Below are positions 49,001 to 56,885 of a DNA stretch of 64,000 nt, in pieces. Both the position numbers and the translations under genes were made by a program. Below the pieces are notes generated by a model, which was not told the DNA's origin, searched no databases, and saw only the letters and a program-made list of their open reading frames with translations. Within the stretch, counting starts at the first letter, position 1. Each line of letters begins with the position of its first letter. The DNA lies in the sequence record PV467749.1; one strand, written 5' to 3'. This stretch comes from a phage.

Positions 49001-49995
49001 CTGATGGTGAAGATTATGTGAGATACCAAAACAATGCATGGGAAACCATCTTGAGTGTATCAAAAATCAAAACTGACACCACACCAACCTTGTACACAGT
49101 AAGAAACACTGCGAACGGAACTGTAGAACTACTAGATAGTACTGGAGTTGTACTTCGTTATGATAACATCACTAAACAACAACAAAATGAACCAGCAATA
49201 CCTCTAGCATTGAACATCGTTCGTATTAGAACCTTTGCTGATCCAGAATTCTTGGTTGATGGTGTTAAGTTGTATGAAACAAATAGAAACTATGCTATCG
49301 ACGCAATGAACTATGAAGTATTCTACGACACAACACTATACGGTGGTTCTTATAATGATGGAATTACACCAGATGACGTTGATGTTTGGGTAGTGTCTAA
49401 CGAGATATTTGAAGTTGATGGTGTTACCATTGATAACGGATATAACTTACCAATTACTGGTGCAGGTGTTCTTAGTGAGTTAGTGAGAACCAAAATGACT
49501 GATAGTGTGGAAATTAACGTGTTCGAGTATGATGTTGGTATTATTCAACCAGTACTGAATACTGAAGGGGTATGGGAATATGCATATCCACTAGTTAGTG
49601 ATACATATATTGGTGTAGTTGGTGGAACAGTAACTAACATTACTGCTATCAGTGAAGAAAATGCTACTTATGTTTCACAACCAGATTCAGTTAGTCCATA
49701 TAGTGTTACTAATAATGTTCTATCTGGTGCTGGTGCAAGTATGAATGATATTATTTCTCTTGGTTTTGAAAAAGTTGAAGTACGATTTGCAAATAACTTA
49801 CTCCGTGGGGTAATGTATAGTGCAGAACACGACTTTAAAGAGAATGTGACATATTCATTTAATGGCTTGAACTTAGGTAAAGTTAATTTACTAAAACGTT
49901 ATAGTGTTAACAGTTATCCAATCGAACTATCTGTTTACTCCGATAGTTTGCAAATAAGTGGTAATGACATTAAAAATCTATTAGAAGTTAAATAA
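40024..49995 (+). CDS. giant virion-associated protein (~3,320 aa), probable baseplate/tail component
   Basis: Uninterrupted ~10-kb ORF; start chosen at ATG (MTNNFKF) with GGAG RBS and CATAAATA late-like box about 36 nt upstream; track ORF starts 30 nt earlier without RBS. Confidence 0.85.
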   Translation: MTNNFKFQPTQMAEAVQKKLFIKRLPEWMQGLEDIQKVSDDVIQQWFNPAENELVDGYIGDMGSPAAAGNIFLHESTVARQLYQLSTAYVSRNDDSSIRSIQFYDDLVGYMNHYGALTENESRLFNGKFYSWTPPINPNKMNNYSSYLWDSKNSYNIATPDYIVMERGAENGNTWSLQNFWYTLGETLEDGTILTEELMQDSRFVRARAPIIEYNKNIELMNYGTKFRGTVDLFSDIIKPEDIVQKDINSGIRIDGIIPQDGMRILFTSIGNNGENNRIYKVYVKRMQDGTRVYGLALDPDEESESRPSGEPQDGDVVLIIKGNEFGNSSMYWDGSHWIQAQSKTSVNVFPQFQLYDRNGVKLNNTTTYPSSTFTGSSLFGFKINYNYATDSVYGYNIELGDYNYYTYENFLQSTRYTYEHLGVEVEIDGLYYYNVIGEGNTMNLETDWVRSTEYSKQYVKQTPQVERTVMFRVFSTVYDMESFKDPVEGMYAYVIEVDRTYQYYKAERETYLDWHVIVGDGVQSVKYNHTFELAQKVLDNSDDIIELVVDGVEIKEYTKTVVNNQVQSITIDSSVDLDEDSVVQIRTYSSTITPNKELGAYEVPINLQNNPYNSNIEYINQGDYTLHFQDIIQKNITSGSADDFNNYEERLAAGLVNNGVGTKIIQNEASMLPLMAHTANEDIDLFESIMFMQAEYFRFINKFNTQMLRLYEEDPSAFLGNSASNIVDAILTAINMGRDSSFPFYYDNVASTAGFIRAFVPPTPQFLGILQAYTPQKATFLTAGSKSSCYNISHTGVISKAYRVINGVDKMDDVVFELENRIFNSIDLTFKDIDYKPVLNSEDLFPTPYFTGTDYSAEEKKTLLLRGYINFTATNGISNSTHDYDANNWRTWNYTGSYYVVDGQRTEIPARGSWRAIYTDQYGTYRPATHPWEMMGFSQRPTWWNQEYEPTAVQVGEREGDVVYVYEALVMNENGDLVPSGLWDIDGTIGDSSTGTILSGERRGQYDKYKRFGVQPFKITKTGEKTSTGIDICEVEYIAPEVLGLVSGNLDHRAEPWAYGDMGDMEFTYMNTAMFAYDQMLLLYKAKPAQFANYYWDTRNDNLKPVYTDGSQFLYGETRKRLNFDSATLVHGEKNTRTIGYQMFVSDYLMYQNKNITTKYGDVVRSSYVNVAHKIGGFTKADQLTFTAKSFGLISQENQTIGLVRSNNIRDEQMSAVKITWNGSAYQIDGYDLVGAKFKYKIPVKNGRKVTLKLEDRTVVHYNEWKSEGTLEYGKIFNTYQEVYTFICGYGEYLKEHGWIFEDVNDSGAQQDWTTIAKDFVIWSQNNLSTGEFISCTPSAANAKFGADFGSVQSVTQNSGGVWSLLDDENQGIRQYEIETSRIGNVFTVRTTSESQKRMALIRLSLSSYEHAVVFDDKTIFGDYIYQPTYGAIQELIKMYGYITGAWTGRLQAPGFIILEAGTLPSFEKLVTDFELYYNSETPVSDVQLQELSNHLIGYQTRDYLQRMISSDVSRVDFYKGFIHDKGTNQVMEKVLRVSKSYDTDEYKALQEWAFKIGTYGNINGKKNLQFKLINDQFKQQPQMVSFDVNATSNGTGNGIVYYGEQGVDSRWITRPNGKFSFPMRSGRSENIQLPDIGPVTLDEISYVTKDFSTAYNDRINYMNNSGEIPDSVWMFKDGNDLWNIFELVDTEVEMLSIVPIENTDVYAEQFCKVTLSDDIPLNDGDYYYFVDETNFMPDTLTIESQYYTAGNDPRVMVVPFDTSITIDFTDPDTRPRLYRYVSRFSTEEMRQEYIDRKYSFKAPQSTLFDRPTTYDERTNITALYLNVFDPINGVIPGAAMQNVTYTSPVDPAQYNSNGELIQAWGADKVGQVWWNTSTAFYLDYTRAIYDADGNVDVDATNEYKRYNWGRLLPHSTVDVLEWVCSPVEPYNWDKYCKDVANKNKNNTMYLPSGTALEDNYSTFLEYDSTTDTYVTKYYFWVRDTIYVPPLHSRTKSCTDIARIIKEPAQLNIPWFAPINESSFILSNMQFEVNDDTSILTVSYYMDNTEVIKHDQYQLCKEGDSYNFNPSIWTSMWNSMIGQETTESGTVIDLLYPLVPNGLGSNKTWFQDVIEARRNFVESANNYYRSQNITTNTVLMDEVFNVKTTEVNPNEVSYRVLTYNSELVIAPESDKFKENDAVLVSTSGVLPNPLSTSSVYFVHIDANGYIHLMNSPSSAGSVVTITLENRGEGQQKMIKQSDYVEALGTSLDMTQYWSLADWYDIGYDKNTAYTQESSLEDANTKNYQVGDIIRITDVDGIWTLYIKAQSRDSVYWKAIGRENSTVELNDMLYADYTVRDANGSLSNREINVRKALALLKNSFDLHQSEIVFDMVKYVHVEQSVVDWVFKTSYIYIVGLEQSLVQNYSNDNLINQIVEYFEEVKPYRTKIRSQIEQKTSDDDLIKGLCNDLDPNGYIFADGTWVKTEKDIWDYEYAQFNEVTQRWEQVGELPSDFVTPNRRFQEIDVIMHYDNTQCKPNDNLASVDVLEEVNKKYQSNAQDVVSNFELQRYKYTFPEYSDEDFDLLVAYQMQLYYPELNVTLGIAYGVNQWYADHADDLVATAEFTETLNRVYKESTQNEMFNDVNHYVQYNTLSNRLKLYTGADDEVIHDEVGCGFSGLTYDDNPSTRLPFGYASSTDYNFGYFEVSSELYKKYVSLIKENNTTATDDEVRIILEVEYGVYSYRHVDEDGNQRFYNDAIHVLSGMRGLYDKDATDHYEKAEEILSRMPIDIHAFTMMPRKYVYVNVNGVYESIPDDQSIDDFMEDKFITDGQLVQLAEINLDDLPLDRNNPMYSDYQHILDSITDAKYYDDMNAFDNLALESQTSELKWEVEGDEVDPYIIDISDINPSGRKIGQIRFTVDGYGFNSVSLVQLRDNSRYKTEGMVIINPYKTTEAIVSIPSYAKIENDISKSYSKYDEKYFYKIKSIVSDTEAEVIDNTLSDGDKVMIFTTDGEDYVRYQNNAWETILSVSKIKTDTTPTLYTVRNTANGTVELLDSTGVVLRYDNITKQQQNEPAIPLALNIVRIRTFADPEFLVDGVKLYETNRNYAIDAMNYEVFYDTTLYGGSYNDGITPDDVDVWVVSNEIFEVDGVTIDNGYNLPITGAGVLSELVRTKMTDSVEINVFEYDVGIIQPVLNTEGVWEYAYPLVSDTYIGVVGGTVTNITAISEENATYVSQPDSVSPYSVTNNVLSGAGASMNDIISLGFEKVEVRFANNLLRGVMYSAEHDFKENVTYSFNGLNLGKVNLLKRYSVNSYPIELSVYSDSLQISGNDIKNLLEVK

Positions 49996-49996
49996 C

Positions 49997-50030
49997 AAAA
50001 AGGAGAGCATTTGCTCTCCTTTTCTTTTTT
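49997..50030. terminator. bidirectional terminator between giant ORF and ClpA gene
   Basis: AAAAAGGAGAGC-ATTT-GCTCTCCTTTTCTTTTTT; near-identical stem to terminator at 3262. Confidence 0.8.
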
Positions 50031-52317
50031 ACGCAATAACTTTTTCTACTGCTTTAGTTCGTTTAGGTTTGATAGCCAATTTACCATCAATCACATCAAA
50101 CGTTACGTTACCACCATTAACCAGAGAACCACACAACATCTCTTTAGCTAGTGGAACACGGATGTTTTGCTCAATAGTGCGTTTCATTGGACGTGCACCC
50201 ATCCCAACTTTAACACCATTTGTTGCCAACCACTCACGTGCCGCTTTGGTTAGTGAAACTTTAACTTTGCGGTCTTTGATTTGTTCATTCAAACTTCCCA
50301 TGAACTTATCAATGATGCTGTCAATCGCTTCGCTGCTTAGGTCTTTGAATGTCACAATACTATCGATGCGGTTGATGAATTCAGGTGGCAAGAATGCTTT
50401 AATCGCTTTATCTTGTGCTGTATCACTACCGCTCATCCCAATACTACGCTTGGTTGAATCTGCTGCACCAAGGTTAGTTGTCATAATAACAGTTACGTTA
50501 TTGAAGTAAACAGTTTTACCTTGTGAACCAGTCAAACGTCCTTCGTCCAGAACCTGTAGGAAGGTTAGTAGTACTTTACGATCAGCTTTTTCGATTTCAT
50601 CAAGCAACAGTACTGCATTCGGGAACTGCTCAATCTTGTCGAGTAGCAGACCGTTACCGGAATCGTGACCAACATAGCCTGGAGGTGAACCAATCAGTTT
50701 AGCAACAGTATGTTCCTGTGAAAACTCGGACATATCGAAACGAATCAGTTCAGAGCCAGTTGCATCAGCCAGTGCTTTGGTAATTTCAGTTTTACCAGTA
50801 CCAGATGGCCCAACAAACATGAATGCACCTTGAACACTTGATTTATCACGCAGACCAGCACGAGCTACCATCACGTTATCAACCAGTTTCTGTACTGCTT
50901 CTTCTTGACCGTATACACGAGAACGTAGTGCATCTGGTAGATTACGCATACGCTCACTTTCAGTGCAAGCAACCACGTTAATATCTAGGTTTGCGATACC
51001 TGCAACAACTTCTTGAATCAGTGCAACAGTGATGATGTTATCATCAGTTTCACGAGAACGTACTTTCGCTGCCGCCGCATCCATTAGGTCGATTGCTTTG
51101 TCAGGGAAGTGTTTGTTCTTCAGGAACTTATCACTTAGTGTAATAACTGCATCCATTGCTTCAGTACTGAACTCTACGTTATGGAAAGTTTCATAAGTAG
51201 ATTTCAAACCATTCACAATCGCACGGGTTTCATCAATTGTTGGCTCAACTACATCAATTTTCATGAAACGGCGAGTTAGTGCACTATCTTTTTCGATGTT
51301 TTTACGATATTCATCGTAAGTTGTTGCACCGATTACACGAATCTCACCACGAGATAGTGCAGGTTTGAGCATGTTACTCATATCCATAGAACCGTTGCTT
51401 GCTGAACCAGCACCAACCATAATATGGATTTCATCGATGAACACAATAGTGTTTTCACGTTTCTTCAGTTCTTTGAGTAGGTTATCGATACGTTCTTCGA
51501 ACTCACCACGGTACTTAGTACCAGCAGTCAGTGCACCTACGTTCAGAGACAGAATTTCAACATCTTTAAGATGCTCTGGTACTTCACCATCAGCGATTGC
51601 CTGTGCTAGACCATCAATGATTTGAGTTTTACCAACACCAGCTTCACCAGTCAGGATGGCATTCTTCTTAGTCTTACGGGCCAGAGTTTCAATCAGTGCA
51701 GAAAGCTCTTTCTGGCGACCAATCATTGGGTCAAGTTTACCTTCTTTTGCAAGTGCGGTTAGGTTAGTGGTGTAATCTTCTAAACCTTTTTGTTTGGACG
51801 ATGGTTGCTGTTGTGCCACTTTTTTCTCCCCAGTTGGCTCATCACTAATGCTTTGAAGGTTGATTCCGTTGTCGATTGCTTCTACGTGCTTCTGTAGAGT
51901 TCGTGCTGCTTCAGTACAAGTGATACCCTCTTCACGCAATGCTGCTTCTAGTGCAGTATTTGGGAAGGACAAACACTCAAACAGTACAAAATAAGCATCA
52001 ATTGAGAAATCATCACGTTTAAGTTGCTCAATTACTGATTTCTTAGAAAGTTCCTGAACTACACGGTTCACGAGAAGTGATGTGCGGTTCGCTTCATCAC
52101 CATCAGCACTTTTAGGTGCATGTGGGAATGTTGTATTCTTCAGATATGCAATCAAACGACTGTGTAGGTTGTCTGCATCGATGTTCATATCTTCAAATAC
52201 TGCTTTGATGCTATCGATTGTCAGTACTGTAGCACTTAGATGGTCAATAGTCAAGAATGTATGACCCAGAGAAGTTGCCAGTTCGTCGCTTTTTTTGAAT
52301 AATTGGGTAAGATTCAT
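50029..52317 (-). CDS. clpA: ClpA-family AAA+ unfoldase (two ATPase domains plus N-domain)
   Basis: Walker A GEAGVGKT and GPSGTGKT; SIGM loop at the position of the ClpA IGL ClpP-docking loop; C-terminal MGARPMKRTIEQNIRVPLAKEMLCGSLVNGG matches E. coli ClpA; start at ATG (MNLTQLF) with AGGAGA RBS; consensus sigma70 promoter upstream. Confidence 0.9.
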   Translation of the reverse strand: MNLTQLFKKSDELATSLGHTFLTIDHLSATVLTIDSIKAVFEDMNIDADNLHSRLIAYLKNTTFPHAPKSADGDEANRTSLLVNRVVQELSKKSVIEQLKRDDFSIDAYFVLFECLSFPNTALEAALREEGITCTEAARTLQKHVEAIDNGINLQSISDEPTGEKKVAQQQPSSKQKGLEDYTTNLTALAKEGKLDPMIGRQKELSALIETLARKTKKNAILTGEAGVGKTQIIDGLAQAIADGEVPEHLKDVEILSLNVGALTAGTKYRGEFEERIDNLLKELKKRENTIVFIDEIHIMVGAGSASNGSMDMSNMLKPALSRGEIRVIGATTYDEYRKNIEKDSALTRRFMKIDVVEPTIDETRAIVNGLKSTYETFHNVEFSTEAMDAVITLSDKFLKNKHFPDKAIDLMDAAAAKVRSRETDDNIITVALIQEVVAGIANLDINVVACTESERMRNLPDALRSRVYGQEEAVQKLVDNVMVARAGLRDKSSVQGAFMFVGPSGTGKTEITKALADATGSELIRFDMSEFSQEHTVAKLIGSPPGYVGHDSGNGLLLDKIEQFPNAVLLLDEIEKADRKVLLTFLQVLDEGRLTGSQGKTVYFNNVTVIMTTNLGAADSTKRSIGMSGSDTAQDKAIKAFLPPEFINRIDSIVTFKDLSSEAIDSIIDKFMGSLNEQIKDRKVKVSLTKAAREWLATNGVKVGMGARPMKRTIEQNIRVPLAKEMLCGSLVNGGNVTFDVIDGKLAIKPKRTKAVEKVIA

Positions 52318-52355
52318 GTATTCTCCTAAATGAGTAGTCACTCTAATTAATAAAC

Positions 52356-52383
52356 ATTATATCACATTCTTTGCGTTTGTCAA
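52356..52383 (-). promoter_or_regulatory. consensus sigma70 promoter TTGACA-N16-TGTGATATAAT for ClpA gene
   Basis: Minus strand ccTTGACAaacgcaaagaatgTGaTATAATgtt about 40 nt upstream of ATG 52317. Confidence 0.65.
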
Positions 52384-52425
52384 CAAGGTAAATAAAGATA
52401 TACCCGATTTATTTTGGAGACAAAC

Positions 52426-53922
52426 ATGGCATATAGAATGTGGAAAAAAGGTAGAACCAATGATTACAAGTTCATTGACTCTGCCATAGCAGAACAATAC
52501 AACATCGGTGGTGTTGACATGTGGCTTTATGCCTATGTCGGACCAAAACAAGTCGCTGATAACACTGATTTATCATACGGCGGTGATTATTATGGATCAG
52601 ATAGTACCGTTGTGTCAAGCATTGGTGATTTAATTTTTGGTGACACTCCAAGTCGTAACTATAATCTCGAAGCTATCACCTTAAGTTGCGTCTACCAAGT
52701 CCAAGAAGCAACTCCTGACTTGAAAATCCCAGGATTGTTCTTCAATTTTAACACAATGGACATCACAATTCATTATAACACAATGATTCAGCGTTTGGGA
52801 AGAAAAATTATGCCAGGTGACGTAATCGAACTTCCTAACTTACGTGATTTTGATGTACTTGGTAAAGATTCTGGTTTAAACCGCTTCTATGTAGTACAAG
52901 ATGGGTTTAGAACGTCAGAAGGTTACTCAGTTACATGGCAACATCACATTTACAAACTCCGTGTTAAACCTCTTACTGATTCACCAGAGTACTCTGACCT
53001 TCTAGGTAACAATAACTACCCTGATGACCCAGATGATCCAAACAACGGCAATGGTAATACTGATGATGGCTCTTCAGAGAACAGCAGTTATGGTAATGAA
53101 ATGGATATTATGAACCGTATCATTATGCAAGCTGATGATGAAGTACCATACATTCATTTTACTAACGAACACTTGTTCGATGACAGACCAGATACTGTTG
53201 ATTTGTCTAAGTATATGCTAAATGGATACGAATTACCAGAGGAACCGGCAAATAAAATGTATTTCCTCAAGAAAACTTACCCAGTACTGAAAGAACTATC
53301 TAATGATACATGGATTTCTGTAGAAGTCAAGCGTGGAACAATCTTTCCTCGCAAACCGATGGATGGTGACTTCTTCTTTAAAGAAAACGAGGCTGATGTC
53401 ACTGGCTTCTCATTGTATCAATACGATAAATCTGCCAAAAAGTGGCTAAATTGTGATGTTGAGTATACTACAGAAAGCACACCACCACAAGGGGTTGATG
53501 ATTTTTATATTGAATACAAAGAACCACACATTTATCAGTACTTAAATGGTAAATGGGGAGAACCAGAAGTAACTTACGTTAATGACCCATTCACTTCTAA
53601 TAGTGTTTATGGAAATATCGATTCACAACAAGATTATCGTCCTAAGATTCCTCCAGCACGAGGTACAGTTCCTGAAGGTAACATGTTCCCAAGTGATGCA
53701 GTTGATGGTGATTACTACTATCGTACCGATTATACACCAGTAACCCTATGGGAATACAGTGCGTCCAAGAATTCTTGGGTGATTTTCGATTACGGTGGTA
53801 GAAAACCGTGGGAAGGTGCAGATCTTGCTCTAACAGAATTTGTTAATAGCCCGAACCGTGTGCCATTACATGATGCAGTTAAACCTAATACAGTGTATCG
53901 TATACATAAGGATTCAGAATGA
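52426..53922 (+). CDS. putative neck/tail-completion structural protein (position of gp13/gp14)
   Basis: Start at ATG (MAYRMWKK) with GGAGA RBS; track start is an upstream TTG; immediately precedes gp15-like gene. Confidence 0.65.
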   Translation: MAYRMWKKGRTNDYKFIDSAIAEQYNIGGVDMWLYAYVGPKQVADNTDLSYGGDYYGSDSTVVSSIGDLIFGDTPSRNYNLEAITLSCVYQVQEATPDLKIPGLFFNFNTMDITIHYNTMIQRLGRKIMPGDVIELPNLRDFDVLGKDSGLNRFYVVQDGFRTSEGYSVTWQHHIYKLRVKPLTDSPEYSDLLGNNNYPDDPDDPNNGNGNTDDGSSENSSYGNEMDIMNRIIMQADDEVPYIHFTNEHLFDDRPDTVDLSKYMLNGYELPEEPANKMYFLKKTYPVLKELSNDTWISVEVKRGTIFPRKPMDGDFFFKENEADVTGFSLYQYDKSAKKWLNCDVEYTTESTPPQGVDDFYIEYKEPHIYQYLNGKWGEPEVTYVNDPFTSNSVYGNIDSQQDYRPKIPPARGTVPEGNMFPSDAVDGDYYYRTDYTPVTLWEYSASKNSWVIFDYGGRKPWEGADLALTEFVNSPNRVPLHDAVKPNTVYRIHKDSE

Positions 53923-55262
53923 AAATAGATTATTATTATGATGGTCAATTTCGTCGAGTACTGAAACATCTTATCAGAGTGTTTGGTGAATTTCAAGTAC
54001 AAAATGGTGTTGATGCTGACGGAAAACCAAAATATAAGAAAGTTCCTTGCCGCTATGCAGATATTTCACGTATGGCAGCAGCAATTATTAATGGTAACAG
54101 TGAGAACGTGCTTCCAACAGCACCAATCATGACCATTAGTGTAAACCAACTTAAACTAGATCGCAAGTCAGTTCGTTCAAACGCAAATGAAACATTGGTT
54201 ATGGGGACTAACAAGTCCCCTGGAATTAACGAATATACTAAAGACTTAGATAAACAGTATAAAGTAACTCGTCATAACCCAGTACCTTGGACATTTACTT
54301 TTGATGTTAATATTTGGGTTACACAAACACAAACCAAAATGGAACTATTTGAGCAAATTTCAACATTGTTTGCTCCTAGTATTCAATTACAACTCTCCGA
54401 GAACCCATTGGATTGGACATCATTGAGTGATGTGGAGTTAATTGACTGTCAATTTACTACTCGTGGTTTCCCACAAGGAACCGATAGTGATTTGGATATA
54501 ATGGTTTTGACATTTGAAACAACAATTTGGTTCTCTTTGCCAGCTATTGTTGAGAAACCAAAACTTATTCAACAAATTACCACCAATATTAAAGGTGCTC
54601 GTGATGAACTTGATTTTGAAATTGGTAATTACTCGGATATCATTACTGATGTATTCACACCAAAGAACTTATGTATTAAAGTTGATGAAATAACAAACTC
54701 TGAACTTAATATTCCAGATACTTACCAACTCACTCTTGTTAGTCAATCACTATCAGAAACATCACCAAATGGTGGAATTTATTCATGGGAAAAATACCTT
54801 AAGTACTTGGACCCAGAATATGAAGACAAGACGGTTGGTATCAAATTCCAACAAGCTATAGAAGAGGACAACCCACTAAAAGGACACATCTCTTCATTTG
54901 GTGAAGGTGCTGAATCTAACAAGATTGTAGTTCAGCTTGATAATAGTAATTATACTGTTGATTATACAATACATGGATTCATTAGTAAAAGCTCTTTGTT
55001 ATATAACGCACTGCCTGAACAATATTATGTAAATAATAGCATACATAACATCATTTACAAAGAGACTGAAATCCCAGCGAACTATTTGTTTAAAATTACC
55101 AATGATGGAGCAGAACTTATTGAGCCATCACTAGTACACAACTATGTTTATAATATGGAAGATAGTGGGTATTATAGATATAATGACAAATTCAAATGGC
55201 ATAAGAGTATTATGTCAGTATATCGTCAGGGGTATTGGAAAATAACTTTCACTGACAAATAA
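53919..55262 (+). CDS. tail sheath stabiliser / tail completion protein (T4 gp15-like)
   Basis: YYYDGQFRRVLKHLIRVFGEFQVQ vs T4 gp15 YFYNSSFRRYATLMGDLFSNIQIK; ATGA start/stop overlap with upstream gene. Confidence 0.8.
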   Translation: MKIDYYYDGQFRRVLKHLIRVFGEFQVQNGVDADGKPKYKKVPCRYADISRMAAAIINGNSENVLPTAPIMTISVNQLKLDRKSVRSNANETLVMGTNKSPGINEYTKDLDKQYKVTRHNPVPWTFTFDVNIWVTQTQTKMELFEQISTLFAPSIQLQLSENPLDWTSLSDVELIDCQFTTRGFPQGTDSDLDIMVLTFETTIWFSLPAIVEKPKLIQQITTNIKGARDELDFEIGNYSDIITDVFTPKNLCIKVDEITNSELNIPDTYQLTLVSQSLSETSPNGGIYSWEKYLKYLDPEYEDKTVGIKFQQAIEEDNPLKGHISSFGEGAESNKIVVQLDNSNYTVDYTIHGFISKSSLLYNALPEQYYVNNSIHNIIYKETEIPANYLFKITNDGAELIEPSLVHNYVYNMEDSGYYRYNDKFKWHKSIMSVYRQGYWKITFTDK

Positions 55263-55274
55263 GGAGGTGTTGTT

Positions 55275-55739
55275 ATGAATGAAGCAGTAGGTGCTATATT
55301 TTTATCTAAAAGTACTGGACACATGATGTTAAACTTGAGATCAGAAAGAAGTACGTATTCTAACAACTGGGCATTTGTTGGTGGGAAGCTTGAGTATAAT
55401 GAAACTCCTTTACAGGGTCTTATGCGTGAGATTAAAGAAGAACTAGGTGATTCTATTCCAACGATAATAGATATTATACCATTTGATGTGTTCTGCACTA
55501 AGAATGGTAAATTTAAATACTATTCATTTGTCATTGTAGTTGAAAATGAATTCGTACCTACTTTAAATCATGAGAGTTCTGGTTATGCATGGGTTAAGAT
55601 TGGCTCATGGCCTAAACCGTTACATCCTGGTGCAAAAAACACATTACTCAACGCAAATTTAATGAAGGATTTTTATTCATTGTGGGAAAGTATACGACAA
55701 GGTACACAGTTTGTCAACAGCTTACCATATCGATATTAA
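55275..55739 (+). CDS. NUDIX hydrolase
   Basis: Nudix box GGKLEYNETPLQGLMREIKEELGD; RBS AAGGAGG. Confidence 0.85.
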   Translation: MNEAVGAIFLSKSTGHMMLNLRSERSTYSNNWAFVGGKLEYNETPLQGLMREIKEELGDSIPTIIDIIPFDVFCTKNGKFKYYSFVIVVENEFVPTLNHESSGYAWVKIGSWPKPLHPGAKNTLLNANLMKDFYSLWESIRQGTQFVNSLPYRY

Positions 55740-55741
55740 TA

Positions 55742-55775
55742 AAAAAAGGAGCCATTGGCTCCTTTTTTCTTTTTA
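55742..55775. terminator. bidirectional terminator between NUDIX gene and minus-strand tail cluster
   Basis: AAAAAAAGGAGCC-ATTG-GCTCCTTTTTTCTTTTT. Confidence 0.8.
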
Positions 55776-56873
55776 TACCCCAATCAGTGGGATACCTGTT
55801 ATATTAAGTAGAACAGATGCTTGAAGCTTAACTGACTCACCTGCCGAAAGGTTGTTTACTATACCATCGACGCGGAACCCTAAGTTTTTATTAGAGTTGA
55901 GAGAGTTAATCACCCAGTTTTCGTAATCCGCTTTTGTAATACCATTCGGATTTGGGAGAGTTGGGTCAACATCATTAATTACCATAGAAACATCCCAATT
56001 CGGGCGACTACTTGTAATTACATCCTTGATTGATTCTAGTTGTGTAATGCGACGTGGATCTGGAATCTGACTTGCACCAATTGAACCAGGAACAAATGTA
56101 CCTTGATTATCAACATAGAACTGACCTTTAATGAAAAATGTTTTTGAATTATACGGAAGAGAAACAATTTCACCTGATGAATCACTAACTTCACGAATCA
56201 TAATTTTCAATTCATAAAAATAGTTACTACCAAATTCAAACACACCAGTACCATTTGTGAATGTTGTCCAGTTATTTGAATCAACCTGTGAAGTACCACC
56301 CATATTGAAGTACGCTAATGGCTTAGTACTGTTACTTTGTGTAAATTCAATATATTTCTTACCTGTATCATAGTTGATATCAAGTAGTGTGGAGTACTCT
56401 TTATTTTCTGGACGAGATGTTTGAATTTCACGCCATTCTTTATTTTTCATTAGGACACGAAGGGAATCACCATTACTGGTAAGAACCATACGACCCATAA
56501 TACTATTTTCACCATCTGGTACTGTGTTGAAAATTGAAATCATTGGGATAGATGCCCAGTCAGCTTCAGATGCAGTATCTACTGGCTGACGAGCATTATC
56601 AACTAATGCAAGAAGTAGTTCGCCAGTGTTGCCAGTATTTCTGTACCAAATCTGACCATTAACGTTACCACGAGGTGCAGTAGCTCCACTGAAGTTCTCA
56701 ACCAAGTGGAGGAAGTTTTCGTTCCATGCTTGACCGTAACCAACTTTATTTCGACCTGCAAAGTTTAACGGTACTGGGTTACTACCAGGTTGGTTTGGTC
56801 CTAATATTACGTTATTTGGAATGGTAGCATAAACGCTACCATTACTTCTATAAATTGTATAACTTACACTCAT
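55773..56873 (-). CDS. putative baseplate/tail fiber-associated structural protein (366 aa)
   Basis: Complete ORF with RBS; in minus-strand three-gene tail cluster; no motif-level assignment. Confidence 0.7.
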   Translation of the reverse strand: MSVSYTIYRSNGSVYATIPNNVILGPNQPGSNPVPLNFAGRNKVGYGQAWNENFLHLVENFSGATAPRGNVNGQIWYRNTGNTGELLLALVDNARQPVDTASEADWASIPMISIFNTVPDGENSIMGRMVLTSNGDSLRVLMKNKEWREIQTSRPENKEYSTLLDINYDTGKKYIEFTQSNSTKPLAYFNMGGTSQVDSNNWTTFTNGTGVFEFGSNYFYELKIMIREVSDSSGEIVSLPYNSKTFFIKGQFYVDNQGTFVPGSIGASQIPDPRRITQLESIKDVITSSRPNWDVSMVINDVDPTLPNPNGITKADYENWVINSLNSNKNLGFRVDGIVNNLSAGESVKLQASVLLNITGIPLIGV

Positions 56874-56885
56874 ATCATCACCTTA

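Noticed and set aside
36796-49995. Numerous 60-130 aa ORFs on either strand inside the gp6-like and giant ORFs (e.g. 37064..37447, 40163..40372, 45557..45817)
   Set aside because: Embedded in long, clearly coding genes; no independent RBS or promoter; shadow ORFs.
50069-52264. Plus-strand ORFs 50069..50509, 51365..51625, 52082..52264 opposite the ClpA gene
   Set aside because: Antisense to a gene with strong homology support; no translation signals.
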